Of a stretch of DNA of 64,000 bases, positions 54,813-64,000 are shown piece after piece. Both the position numbers and the translations under genes were made by a program. Origin of the DNA: Bdellovibrionota bacterium (GTDB lineage Bacteria; Bdellovibrionota_C; UBA2361; JAAYZI01); assembly GCA_050950765.1 (NCBI GenBank), contig JBMNIF010000001.1, positions 352,001 through 416,000 of the forward strand, in the 5' to 3' direction. The stretch's first letter is position 1, and each line of letters starts with the position of its first letter. Below the pieces are notes generated by a model, which saw only the letters and a program-made list of their open reading frames with translations, ran no database searches and was not told the DNA's origin.

Positions 54813-55313
54813 CTATTTTTTAAAAAGGGTGCGATGACCTGCTGCTTGAGAAAGATCTTCAACGTAACACCTGTCTCCTGTGCGCCATTCACGACAATAC
54901 TCTTGGGGAATATTGATAGACTTGCAATTGAGAGGACAGGCTCCTGATGTGATTAAGCCACGTGTTGCAGTTTTTGAAGCATCAATCTCTTGTGAACGAT
55001 CTTGAAAAGACGGCAGCGAATCTACTTCGTTTGCGTCTACGGATGGAGCTTTGACAATGGGCACTCTTGTACGAAAAACGGTTCTGTGTCCTGGAGGCTG
55101 CCTAAGATCTTCAACGTCACAGATATCTCCACGTCTTGATTCTCTGCAATCAGACTCTGGAACGGCGGCATCTTTACAGGTAAAAGGGCATCTTGAGCTT
55201 GTGATAAAGCCGCGTCGAGATTCGACCTGCGCTAGTGCCGATCTGTTTGTCAGTATTAAAGAAAAGGAGAGAGCTACAAACGAACCGATAAACGTTGTAA
55301 GTCTTAATTGCAT
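54813..55313 (-). CDS. Exported protein with two tandem 4-Cys domains
   Basis: Signal peptide; RG(F/L)ITS..CP..CK.........CRE.R.GD.C.VEDL.Q..GHRT.F occurs twice. Confidence 0.8.
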   Translation of the reverse strand: MQLRLTTFIGSFVALSFSLILTNRSALAQVESRRGFITSSRCPFTCKDAAVPESDCRESRRGDICDVEDLRQPPGHRTVFRTRVPIVKAPSVDANEVDSLPSFQDRSQEIDASKTATRGLITSGACPLNCKSINIPQEYCREWRTGDRCYVEDLSQAAGHRTLFKK

Positions 55314-55395
55314 ATCTTAAGTCCTAAAAAAAGATGATTAAGCGAAAACGGAGCTTGACGCTTTTAATCGTTCTCGCTCAATCATACTTGCGGGT

Positions 55396-56631
55396 CTATT
55401 TTTTCTGCCAGTCCAAGATCGATCTAAAGAGATAATCTTCCGGATTTGGGATTATCTTTCTGGCTGCTTCAACGTCTGAAGTAGTCAAAAAGTGCAAAAT
55501 ATTGTTTATCGTCTGTTTTACGACATCATTTTCGATGTTAAGTAAACGAGTACGAACCTTGCCTGTTTCCGGATTTTGAATATCCTTCAGATGAAGCGGA
55601 ACGATCTTATCGTCTTTATCAACGGTGACCATACAACCTGTATGCCCTTCAGAAAAGAGCTTATAAACACCTGCGCCTAAAGCTGTGCAGTATTGTAGGT
55701 CTGAAGCGATCGGTCTGACACAACGCAGTTCATAACCGATATCATTCGGACGACTCTTAATTTTAACACCTAGCTCTTTTAATCTGCGTTGCAATAAGGT
55801 GTTAAAGATCTGACCTTTTGAGAGAATGCCAAGCTCGGGATGTCCGTGGTCGTCATAAGTGAATTGAATGCCAGAATCCTTTAATTCTGATTCAGGAATC
55901 GAATGGAATACACCTTCACTAACTATGATGATACCGTAATCAAGCCCTAACAGTTGTCGTTTGATGATGGTCGAAACCATTAAGCGAGTGATCCTCTCTA
56001 AGGTGCACTCAACTTTATTAAACATCTCGGGAACTATGATCATAGCGGCGTTACAAGCTTCACCTATTGCAAAAGCTAAGTGACCTGCTTCACGTCCCAT
56101 AGCAGCCATCACAAACCAATTACCAGTTGTGCGAGCATCTTCGTTAATTGTCAACGCAATACGTGTGCCTTCTTCTGTCGCAGTTTTGAAGCCGAAAGTT
56201 GGTATGCCTTCTGGTAACGGGAGGTCGTTATCGATCGTTTTTGGAACATGAATATTAGTAACTTGTACATCGTGTTCTTTAAGATACTTGGCTATTCTAG
56301 TTGCAGTTGAGGCGGTGTCGTCTCCACCGACAGTAACCAATAACTTTATGTTGTGACGTACGAAAAAAGTTGTATTGAACTCATCATCTTTTGGTTTGTA
56401 ACGACTCATCCTAAGAGCGGATCCACCACGAGAATGGATACGATCGGCCATTTTGATATCTATGTTGAGGACGTGATCAGTGCCCATATCGTTGAACAAG
56501 GCTTGATATCCACCGTGCAAACCTAAAACTCGATATCCTCTAGCAAGGAATGTTTTTGCGACTGCTGATATAACGGCATTCATGCCGGGAGCCGGTCCAC
56601 CGGCACATAAAATAACGACTGATTCTTGCAT
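55396..56631 (-). CDS. pfp: Phosphofructokinase, probably PPi-dependent
   Basis: GGPAPGMN, GGDDT, PKTIDND, MGR and GYELR motifs. Confidence 0.9.
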   Translation of the reverse strand: MQESVVILCAGGPAPGMNAVISAVAKTFLARGYRVLGLHGGYQALFNDMGTDHVLNIDIKMADRIHSRGGSALRMSRYKPKDDEFNTTFFVRHNIKLLVTVGGDDTASTATRIAKYLKEHDVQVTNIHVPKTIDNDLPLPEGIPTFGFKTATEEGTRIALTINEDARTTGNWFVMAAMGREAGHLAFAIGEACNAAMIIVPEMFNKVECTLERITRLMVSTIIKRQLLGLDYGIIIVSEGVFHSIPESELKDSGIQFTYDDHGHPELGILSKGQIFNTLLQRRLKELGVKIKSRPNDIGYELRCVRPIASDLQYCTALGAGVYKLFSEGHTGCMVTVDKDDKIVPLHLKDIQNPETGKVRTRLLNIENDVVKQTINNILHFLTTSDVEAARKIIPNPEDYLFRSILDWQKK

Positions 56632-56898
56632 TTTGTTGTACCTTCAAAAAAATATGAAAGAGATACCACCTTTGGAGTTATTAATATTTTGGTATCCTTC
56701 CTACGTTCTAACACTGCAATGTAACCTAGCGCATTTTAATTGAAAATAACACCCGCAATAAACAGATAAGTCAAAAAATAACTATTTTTATTATAATAAA
56801 ATCAACGCATTAGTTGACTGTGGGGGGAATCTTTAATTATTTAAGGATAAAAAATCTTTTAAACGTCAATATTTGCCAAGTTTTTATGCAATCGCCTT

Positions 56899-57422
56899 TA
56901 AAAAGGACACCCACTTTTATAGCGCAGTTCTTAAGGATAGTAACCTAGATGATTGGGTGTCCTATTTATGTTGTGGTGTAAGAAGCTCGGTAGGCTAAGG
57001 TTGGAATCTCCCCCTCCCTAAAAAGGACACCCACTTTTAGGTGATTTTTAAGTTTTGGCTAACATTCTGATAGTACTAACTTATTGCAATTTTAAGCTTT
57101 GGGTGTCTTGTTTACAAAGCGCGCAACAGATGAGGGTGGCACCTGTTTTACCGTATTCTATTGTTAGTACTGTTAGTGCAAAGTTGGTCTCTTTGTAAAT
57201 TTGGGTGTCCTATTTGCAGGTCGCAGTTCTTAAGGATAGTAACCTAGATGATTGGGTGTCCTATTTATGTTGTGGTGTAAGAAGCTCGGCAGGCTAAGGT
57301 TGGAATCCCCCTTACTTACTTACTTACTTAAAAAGGACACCCACTTTTAGGTGAATTTTAAGTTTTGCCTAACATTCTGATAGTACTAACTTATTGCAAT
57401 TTTAAGCTTTGGGTGTCCTATT
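56899..57422. repeat. GGACACCC/GGGTGTCC-dominated array, internally duplicated
   Basis: ~56924-57108 repeated at ~57222-57419; (CTTA)5 in the second copy. Confidence 0.88.
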
Positions 57423-57434
57423 TATAGATCCTAA

Positions 57435-59714
57435 TTATTCATATTCGTATTTGTTGTAATCGGGTAGGGGCTCTTCTTTTTCTTCTTCCTCTTCAACAAT
57501 ATTAACTCCACGCACCAGTTTTGAATTTAAAGGTGGCAATAGGTTGGTTGGACGTGACCAAGTCACGATGCAGAGGTTCTCTTCAGCGCGAGTCATAGCG
57601 GTGTAAAGTAAATTACGCCCGCGTTGGTCTGAGGGGTAACCTCTCGAAGTTGGGTTCCACAACAACACATTAACGAATTCAAGCCCTTTGGAATGCAAAA
57701 CATCGGTTACAATAATACCCTCTTCGAAAGAGAAAGAGTGCTCATCTCCCAGTCTCACCAACTGCCCGAAGCTCGGTTCAAGGAGGCTGGCTGTGACTTT
57801 TGCCTCTTGTAGAGTCGCTGTAATAACTGCGGTTAAGGCAGTAGGATAACGTTGAACGGCTTTGTTTAACCACTCGACTACTTCAAAAAAACCTTTTTCT
57901 TCAGTGTAACACTTAAACCAGATCGGTGTGCGACCAGGTCGTCCCTGTGTAACGAGATCTCGTCCTTGGACATATTCTGCTAAACGCATGATCTGCAAAG
58001 TTGATCTGTGACTGACAGTTAATGTGACATATTTTGAGAGGGACTCTTTAAACTTCCAGTGTCGCATTAATTTATCCCAGCCTGGAAAATCAACTCCGGC
58101 ATAGATATTTTGAGAGGTATCGCCGACTAATGTCAGCTGTTTTTTGTCTTTTACGCCTTCAATGAAAATAGCCAAATCCATCGGACTAAAATCTTGTGCT
58201 TCATCTACAACGATATGATCCAAAAGCCCTTGACTGCCATCGGGAAGGGTTAAAAGACCGCCACGCAAACGGTGTAAACGAATAAAAATGGCATCTAAAG
58301 CATAGTCAAGAACGTGTGCATTTTTTAACGCTTCAACGAAAGTTTTTGTTTCTGCAACAACATCTTTATCGATTAGTTTTGTCTCGTCATAAGAGATGAT
58401 CATTTCAGAGTTTGAAAGGATCTGAATAAGGGAGTCAAAAAAGGATGGTGTTACGATCTTTGTTAAACGACTATGCAGATCAAAGATACCGACATGCATT
58501 GGATGTTGCGGATTAAAAGTTTGTAAGCCACGAATTGAAGCGTTTAATAAGTTTTGTAAGATCTCTGAAGGGTGTTTTTTTGCTTCTTGATTAGAATGGA
58601 AAGCTTTTATTATTCCACTTGGAATTTTATTCCAGTCTGTTTTTGTTGTGATATCTTGCAACGCTTTTGAAAGTCTGTCCGTTTCCCATTCTTCAAGAGC
58701 TGTCAAAAGTGCCATTGAACGCAAAGTGCGTTGCACACCTAGTGGCGCAGGTGTGGACGGTCTTTTGATATCGCCGTCCGCATCAATCAAGTCAGGGCAT
58801 ATCTTTGTAATAGTTTTCTTTGTCCAGTCGTGATACGTCAAAACATTTACCCCTGGGACTCCGATAGATGGTAAAAAATTCTCAACGTAGGCCTTCAAAA
58901 TTTTACTGAGAACGACCACAACACATCGCTCCGCTTTTAAATCAGAATTATCTTCATGTAAAAGCCAAGCCAAACGGTGCAGGGCGACTGTGGTTTTACC
59001 AGAACCCGCAATGCCTTGAATTAGAATTGCAGTTTCTGAATCCTCTGTAATAGTTTGAAACTGCTCTTTAGTTATTAACGAAAGGACATCCGGTAACGTT
59101 CCACGGGAGCCTGAGTGTCGAGGGTGTCGTGCCTGAGAGCCTTGCCAAGTATCATTCTTGTCTCGAAAGAAATTGCCGTATCGACAAGATAACTTCATAA
59201 GTTGTTGATCTTCTATTTCAACAGAATTGCGTAATTTTACGAATCCATAACGTTCGTTACCTTGAATTTCTTCGCAGTACTCGTCACCCTCTCTATAATC
59301 ATAGTATAGCTTTGAGATAGGGGCTTTGCGCCAATCGATGATACGGGCATCCGGATTTGCAGAAAAACCTAGTTTGTATTCATATTGTTTGGTTTGTCCG
59401 TTAGAGTCTTCTTCTAGAACGAAACGGGCAAAATACGGTTTGTCGATCTGCTTTTGAAGGATTTCAATATCAGCTGCTTTTTTGTGACTTATGGCGTGCG
59501 CCACAGCTTCGTCAGAGGCCAGTAAAGCTTTTTCTTCCTCTCTAAATGTGGCAACTATTTCAGAAGTAAGCTCTCTCGCTTTTCTACTTTCACTTTGCAG
59601 CTTTGTTGAAGAGTGGCTTAATTGTGCGTGTAGGGAATCTAGTACATTGCTAAGACATTGCTCTTCTTCATTTATTGCTGCTAATGCTTCTTGAGATAAT
59701 TCTTTTGTACTCAT
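57435..59714 (-). CDS. helD: HelD-like SF1 ATPase (RNA polymerase recycling factor)
   Basis: PYFAR, IIDWRKAPISKLYY, GIAGSGKTTVALHR, VDEAQD, KGLEF and LYTAMTRA motifs. Confidence 0.85.
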   Translation of the reverse strand: MSTKELSQEALAAINEEEQCLSNVLDSLHAQLSHSSTKLQSESRKARELTSEIVATFREEEKALLASDEAVAHAISHKKAADIEILQKQIDKPYFARFVLEEDSNGQTKQYEYKLGFSANPDARIIDWRKAPISKLYYDYREGDEYCEEIQGNERYGFVKLRNSVEIEDQQLMKLSCRYGNFFRDKNDTWQGSQARHPRHSGSRGTLPDVLSLITKEQFQTITEDSETAILIQGIAGSGKTTVALHRLAWLLHEDNSDLKAERCVVVVLSKILKAYVENFLPSIGVPGVNVLTYHDWTKKTITKICPDLIDADGDIKRPSTPAPLGVQRTLRSMALLTALEEWETDRLSKALQDITTKTDWNKIPSGIIKAFHSNQEAKKHPSEILQNLLNASIRGLQTFNPQHPMHVGIFDLHSRLTKIVTPSFFDSLIQILSNSEMIISYDETKLIDKDVVAETKTFVEALKNAHVLDYALDAIFIRLHRLRGGLLTLPDGSQGLLDHIVVDEAQDFSPMDLAIFIEGVKDKKQLTLVGDTSQNIYAGVDFPGWDKLMRHWKFKESLSKYVTLTVSHRSTLQIMRLAEYVQGRDLVTQGRPGRTPIWFKCYTEEKGFFEVVEWLNKAVQRYPTALTAVITATLQEAKVTASLLEPSFGQLVRLGDEHSFSFEEGIIVTDVLHSKGLEFVNVLLWNPTSRGYPSDQRGRNLLYTAMTRAEENLCIVTWSRPTNLLPPLNSKLVRGVNIVEEEEEKEEPLPDYNKYEYE

Positions 59715-59837
59715 AACTAAAAAATATAGAAATTATGAAATATCGAAAAGTTTGAAAATACGGCAATATAAAAAGAGTAGCAAGAGGGGAAGTATTGTAG
59801 TAAGTCCAAAGAGTAAGTTTTTACGGGATTTTAAGGG

Positions 59838-60947
59838 ATGTTTTTAATTTTACTTTTTTTGTCATTGATAGTGTCTGTGACCACGCCGAGCGTCGGAATG
59901 TGCGTTGCTGTTATAGGTGCTTTACTGGCAATGTATTTAGAAAAGAAAAAACACGGTTTAGGGATCTTTTTTTCTGGTGTGGTGACGCCGCTTTTTTCTC
60001 TCTTTGGTTCTGGGACGTTGCTTTTGTTCTTTTTAATCTTTCTTGCTTTTCGCAAGGAACGCGTGCATTTTTGGAAACTAGGTCGTGCTTGGTTTTATCT
60101 CGCTTTAATCGCTTTCTGGGTAGTGGCAGAGCTTATTTGTGGAATATTTTATTTTAGAGATTGGCTCGATCATATCACCACAACGCCACCGCACGTTATT
60201 TTTTCTTTTGTTGAAGCTATCAGATTTTTCTTGTTTATTGGGTTATGTCATTTATTTTCTGAGAGTGAATATAAAAGAGAGCAATTTTTTAGAGGATTAG
60301 TAAGGGGCTTAACAATAAGTGCATTTATTGTGTTGGTGCAGTTGTGTTTGCCGCAAATTCGGCACCTTTTTATAAATCAGAATACTTTTTGGAGTTCTAT
60401 CGGAAGATATCCTGGAACGTTTAGTGATCCAAATGCTTTTGGAGTCTTTGTAGGATTGGCGTTTGCGCCGTTACTTTGTTTTGCCCAGCGCAATAGGTTT
60501 GCACGTTTTTTAATGTTGTTGTGGATTGTATTAGGGGTGTTTTCAGGATCTTGCAGCTTTTTTATCGCGCTCTTTTTATATGTTGCTGCTTGGCTATTCT
60601 TTTATAGTAAGAAGTTCTTCTGCGCTTCGCTCTGTTGTCTGTTGTTATTTTGTGGGGGTGTTAAATATTTTGCAAGTTCAGATCCAGATAGATTTTTAAG
60701 AGTGGTAGATACTCTTCCCAGCGGACTTAGTCGGATCGCTAAAATATTTTCTTCAGATGGAGTAAGTGAAGCTTTAAATTCTAGGATAGTATTTTGGAAA
60801 ATTGATTGGAAGATGTTGACGGAATCGCCATTTGGAGGTTTCGGGATTTTGTCAGGGATAGGGTTTAATCAGTTTGAAAGATTTTTACCTTATTACGGTG
60901 CAAAAGAATCTCAAAAAGGACACCCACTTTTAGGGTGGCTGCTTTAG
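59838..60947 (+). CDS. O-antigen ligase/Wzy-like membrane protein, probably C-terminally truncated
   Basis: Multiple TM helices; GTFSDPNAFG, SRIVFW and GIGFNQF motifs; then reads into a repeat core and stops. Confidence 0.7.
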   Translation: MFLILLFLSLIVSVTTPSVGMCVAVIGALLAMYLEKKKHGLGIFFSGVVTPLFSLFGSGTLLLFFLIFLAFRKERVHFWKLGRAWFYLALIAFWVVAELICGIFYFRDWLDHITTTPPHVIFSFVEAIRFFLFIGLCHLFSESEYKREQFFRGLVRGLTISAFIVLVQLCLPQIRHLFINQNTFWSSIGRYPGTFSDPNAFGVFVGLAFAPLLCFAQRNRFARFLMLLWIVLGVFSGSCSFFIALFLYVAAWLFFYSKKFFCASLCCLLLFCGGVKYFASSDPDRFLRVVDTLPSGLSRIAKIFSSDGVSEALNSRIVFWKIDWKMLTESPFGGFGILSGIGFNQFERFLPYYGAKESQKGHPLLGWLL

Positions 60948-61624
60948 AGTTTGGTTGATCTTGTTGCCACTGCTCTGATTTAGGACACCCACCAAAGCCA
61001 CCAAGTTCATCCGATCTATTTAGGACACCCATTCTAGTTAACGCCCCAACTTTTGTTAACGTTTTGATATTATTAAATTGGCTTCAAAAAGGACACCCAC
61101 TTTTGGTAGTGGCTGCTTTAGAGTTTGGCGGTCTACTGCCACTCGCCTTGTTAGAGATGGTATTAAATTGGGTGTCCTAATTGGAATTCCCTAATTGGAA
61201 TTGTGTCAGTGAATTTGGGGTGTCCTTTTTGGTGCAGCACCAACCTGCTGAGGGGAAGGGGATTTTGGGTGTCTTAATTAGAGTCGTAGGGAGGCTGCTT
61301 TAGAGTTTGGTTGATCTTATTGCCACTGCTGATTTAGGACACCCATTCTAGTTAACGCCTCAACTTTTGTTAACGTTTTGATATTATTAAACTGACTTCA
61401 AAAAGGACACCCACTTTTGGTAGTGGTTGTTTTAGAGTTTGGCGTTCTACTACCACTCGCCTTGTTAGAGATGGGATCAAATTGGGTGTCCTAATTGGAA
61501 TTGATGATGAATTTTGGGTGTCCTTTTTGGTGTAGCACTAGTTTGCTGAGGGAGGAGATTTTGGGTGTCCTTTTTGGTGCAGCACTAGTTTGCTGAGGAA
61601 GGGGATTTTGGGTGTCCTAATTGG
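60913..61624. repeat. GGACACCC/GGGTGTCC-dominated mosaic array
   Basis: More than 12 cores in both orientations; IHF consensus at 61057-61069 and ~61370. Confidence 0.9.
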
Positions 61625-61632
61625 GAGTCGTC

Positions 61633-62337
61633 CTACGCAACGATTAGTTCTTTCACGGAGCCCTCAAAGATTTTTGCACATTCTTTTAAAAACTTGTCAC
61701 TTGTACGCGGGATATTTTTGAATTCTTCATCAAGAACCGTTTCTCGAGGGACAAAAGGTTGCAGGACATAACACATAGCATCTTGCACAAGGTCTTTAAT
61801 GGCGATCAACTTGTCTTTTGTATGATATCCTTCGATAATAGTGGTACGAAATTCATAAGGCACAGAACCGTTTTTCAGGATCTTAATGGTTCTTTTTAAG
61901 GATTCTGTATCTTTAAATCCTGTTAGATACGGATAATCTTCCAGCGGACACTTCACATCGACGGCGATATAATCCACTAACGGTAGTAATTCCTCCATAA
62001 TTTGAGGATTAGAACCGTTCGTATCAAGTTTTATCTTTAAATCACGATCTTTGAAAAACGTAATTAAAGCTTTTAAATCTGGACTGAGGGTTGGCTCTCC
62101 GCCTGTAATTACAACTCCATCAATCCAATTATCTTTAAAAGTTTGGCAAAATGTATCTAAATCCTTCCAAGTAATGTTTTGATCTGCATTAGGGAGCAAC
62201 GTTTTATTATGGCAGAAGCGGCACCTGAAATTACACCCACTGAGAAAAAAAACTATAGACAGGTGCCCTCTAAAATCCAACATCGAAGGTTGTGGTAAAT
62301 AACCAAAAACGGGTGATGGTAATGCTTCCTCTATCAT
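61633..62337 (-). CDS. nrdG: Anaerobic ribonucleotide reductase activase (radical SAM)
   Basis: CNFRCRFCHN, TGGEP, KLDTNG and YEFRTT motifs. Confidence 0.93.
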   Translation of the reverse strand: MIEEALPSPVFGYLPQPSMLDFRGHLSIVFFLSGCNFRCRFCHNKTLLPNADQNITWKDLDTFCQTFKDNWIDGVVITGGEPTLSPDLKALITFFKDRDLKIKLDTNGSNPQIMEELLPLVDYIAVDVKCPLEDYPYLTGFKDTESLKRTIKILKNGSVPYEFRTTIIEGYHTKDKLIAIKDLVQDAMCYVLQPFVPRETVLDEEFKNIPRTSDKFLKECAKIFEGSVKELIVA

Positions 62338-62513
62338 TTTTAATTGTCCTTATAGCTAGCGCATGAAGAACTTGCGAAAAATCAAATCTTTCGCAATACC
62401 TGTAATCAATCCTGTTCTCAGAAGGTAACAGAAAACAAAAAAGCAGCCAAAATAGCTAAAGAAGACAGGGGAAAATAGAAATATTTTCTCCCCTGCCTTA
62501 TAGTAAACAAGAG

Positions 62514-62903
62514 CTAGGCAGCTTCACGAGCTTGTTTTAAAATTTCTATTACTGCTGCCGGTGGAATTATACCTTTCCCCGCTTCAGAATAGTCAGTTTG
62601 AATCCCGATAAAACGGAGCGGTCTCAATCCTGTGGTTGTGTGAGAGTGCTCCGGATTGTGTATCGCCTCAAAGGTATCTGATCCCGCCACCTTTTTTTCT
62701 ACAATAAACGACGGAATTCGTTGAGGATTGAGGCATTCACGTTGTGCAAACGCCACTAAGCCATCCTCAGTAGAGATATCGTTGTAGCGAACTTCAAAAT
62801 CCTGCCAATCTGTCGAAATTAGTTTATCTAATCTCGCTTTAAGCTGCGCACACTTGCTGCAACCCTTCTTCCCGTATAGATCTATTCGATATTTCTTTTC
62901 CAT
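62514..62903 (-). CDS. Thioredoxin/glutaredoxin-like protein
   Basis: LYGKKGCSKC, RIPSF cis-Pro motif; lies between nrdD and nrdG. Confidence 0.75.
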   Translation of the reverse strand: MEKKYRIDLYGKKGCSKCAQLKARLDKLISTDWQDFEVRYNDISTEDGLVAFAQRECLNPQRIPSFIVEKKVAGSDTFEAIHNPEHSHTTTGLRPLRFIGIQTDYSEAGKGIIPPAAVIEILKQAREAA

Positions 62904-64000
62904 TTCCAGATACTCCAGTTACTGTTTTCTCAATCTTACTAACTAATCCAACCTTGGCAGCGTTTACCATCAGATCCGCTGGACACTCCACAGAGTATTG
63001 TCCACGATGACGATCTAACAATTCTCCGTAGCGTTTCGATTTGTTCCAGTTTGTAATCTTACTGAAATATCCGACAACGCGAGTTTCTCCGACGACATCT
63101 TCAGAACCACAAGCGCGGCACTGAGTCTGCAAGCCACGACTAACGTGATAGCAGGAGTTGCAGTGCGTAAATTCAGGAGAGATTGTCAACTGTGCAGATT
63201 GTGTTTCAAAGAACGTCTCTGTTACCAATCTTGCTATGGAAGCAGCTGAAGGTTTTTCCTCTCCGATAAAGGCGTGTATCATAGCGCCTGATTCAATCAT
63301 GCTATGAAACTTGCTTTGCGCGCGCACACGTTCAACCAATGAAACGGGGGCTTCAGGTGCAATGTGAACTGAGTTTGTGTAATACGCCACGTCTTCGCTC
63401 TCTCCTTTGACGATGTTTTGAGCTTCATCTTGAAAGTAGATCAGGTCGGTGCGTGCTAAACGGCGTGCTGCACTTTCTGCAGGCGATTCTTCAAGAGAAA
63501 ATTTAATTCCGTGTTCCTCCGTAAGATCGCGTATTTTTGTAAACATTTTTGCTGTTAAGCGAAGAGCCATATCCATAGCTTCTGCATCTTCGTGGAGCTC
63601 TTTTCCGCAAAGAAATTTCACAGCATCGTTTACGCCAATTAAGCCGATAATATAAGTACATTTATCTAATTCGACGTAAGGACGTCCGTCACAAGCAGTG
63701 CGTCCAATCTGATAAAGTGGACGACCAGGCTCACTCATCATTTCAGCGATCTTTTGCTTCTTCTCCAGATGTGCTTTAGCAGCAAGATCCATCGTAGCAT
63801 TAACTTCTTCCCAAAGTCCTTCCAAAGTCTTGTTGCCTTTGCGTGAAGCACGATAAGCAGCTTGCGGAATATTAACTGTTACATTTTGGAAACCGCAAAA
63901 ACGCATTGATTCCGGATGGGTTAACATTCTGTTGTCATTTATAGTTGTGCGAAGCCTGCAACAGGCAGAGAGTGTTACAGCATCTCTATCAAAGATGAAG
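62839..64000 (-). CDS. nrdD: Class III anaerobic ribonucleoside-triphosphate reductase, 5' truncated by the window
   Basis: SACCRL, ESPAES, YYTNS, CxxC..CxxC and TRVVGYF glycyl-radical motif; frame open to the window end. Confidence 0.95.
   Translation of the reverse strand, partial: FIFDRDAVTLSACCRLRTTINDNRMLTHPESMRFCGFQNVTVNIPQAAYRASRKGNKTLEGLWEEVNATMDLAAKAHLEKKQKIAEMMSEPGRPLYQIGRTACDGRPYVELDKCTYIIGLIGVNDAVKFLCGKELHEDAEAMDMALRLTAKMFTKIRDLTEEHGIKFSLEESPAESAARRLARTDLIYFQDEAQNIVKGESEDVAYYTNSVHIAPEAPVSLVERVRAQSKFHSMIESGAMIHAFIGEEKPSAASIARLVTETFFETQSAQLTISPEFTHCNSCYHVSRGLQTQCRACGSEDVVGETRVVGYFSKITNWNKSKRYGELLDRHRGQYSVECPADLMVNAAKVGLVSKIEKTVTGVSGNGKEISNRSIREEGLQQVCAA

Overview
64 kb of AT-rich chromosome from an anaerobic Gram-negative bacterium. 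The gene context (CarD-ispD, sigma54-driven Flp pilins, ECF sigma/anti-sigma) looks Deltaproteobacteria/Bdellovibrionota-like, which is an inference. Housekeeping genes: rbr, rpmB, a hisF-hisIE fusion, prmA, polA, tRNA-Val(GAC), rpmI-rplT, rimI, carD, ispD, ligA, proB, apbE, rfbA, PPi-pfk, helD and nrdD-trx-nrdG. Accessory genes: an oleA-oleBC-oleD olefin cluster, a GGGtGRT pair, a CsgG lipoprotein triad and a surface-glycan operon. The most unusual content is non-coding. (1) About 6 kb (~10%) lies in ten or more intergenic mosaic repeat arrays built from a 10-bp core GGTGCCACCC, a second core GGGTGTCC, and a small set of reshuffled modules, one carrying an IHF consensus. These arrays encroach on gene 3' ends, bracket single genes, and two of them are flanked by duplicated gene ends. 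(2) A ~285-nt rod-like structured RNA candidate sits behind a sigma28-like promoter. (3) An IS1634-like element inserted into one repeat module and has a 240-bp MITE derivative. (4) Two likely phase-variable genes, one with (ACAG)12 and one with G8, are both out of frame. (5) Several ~80-225 bp tandem duplications span gene junctions. All calls are by eye; no database searches were run.
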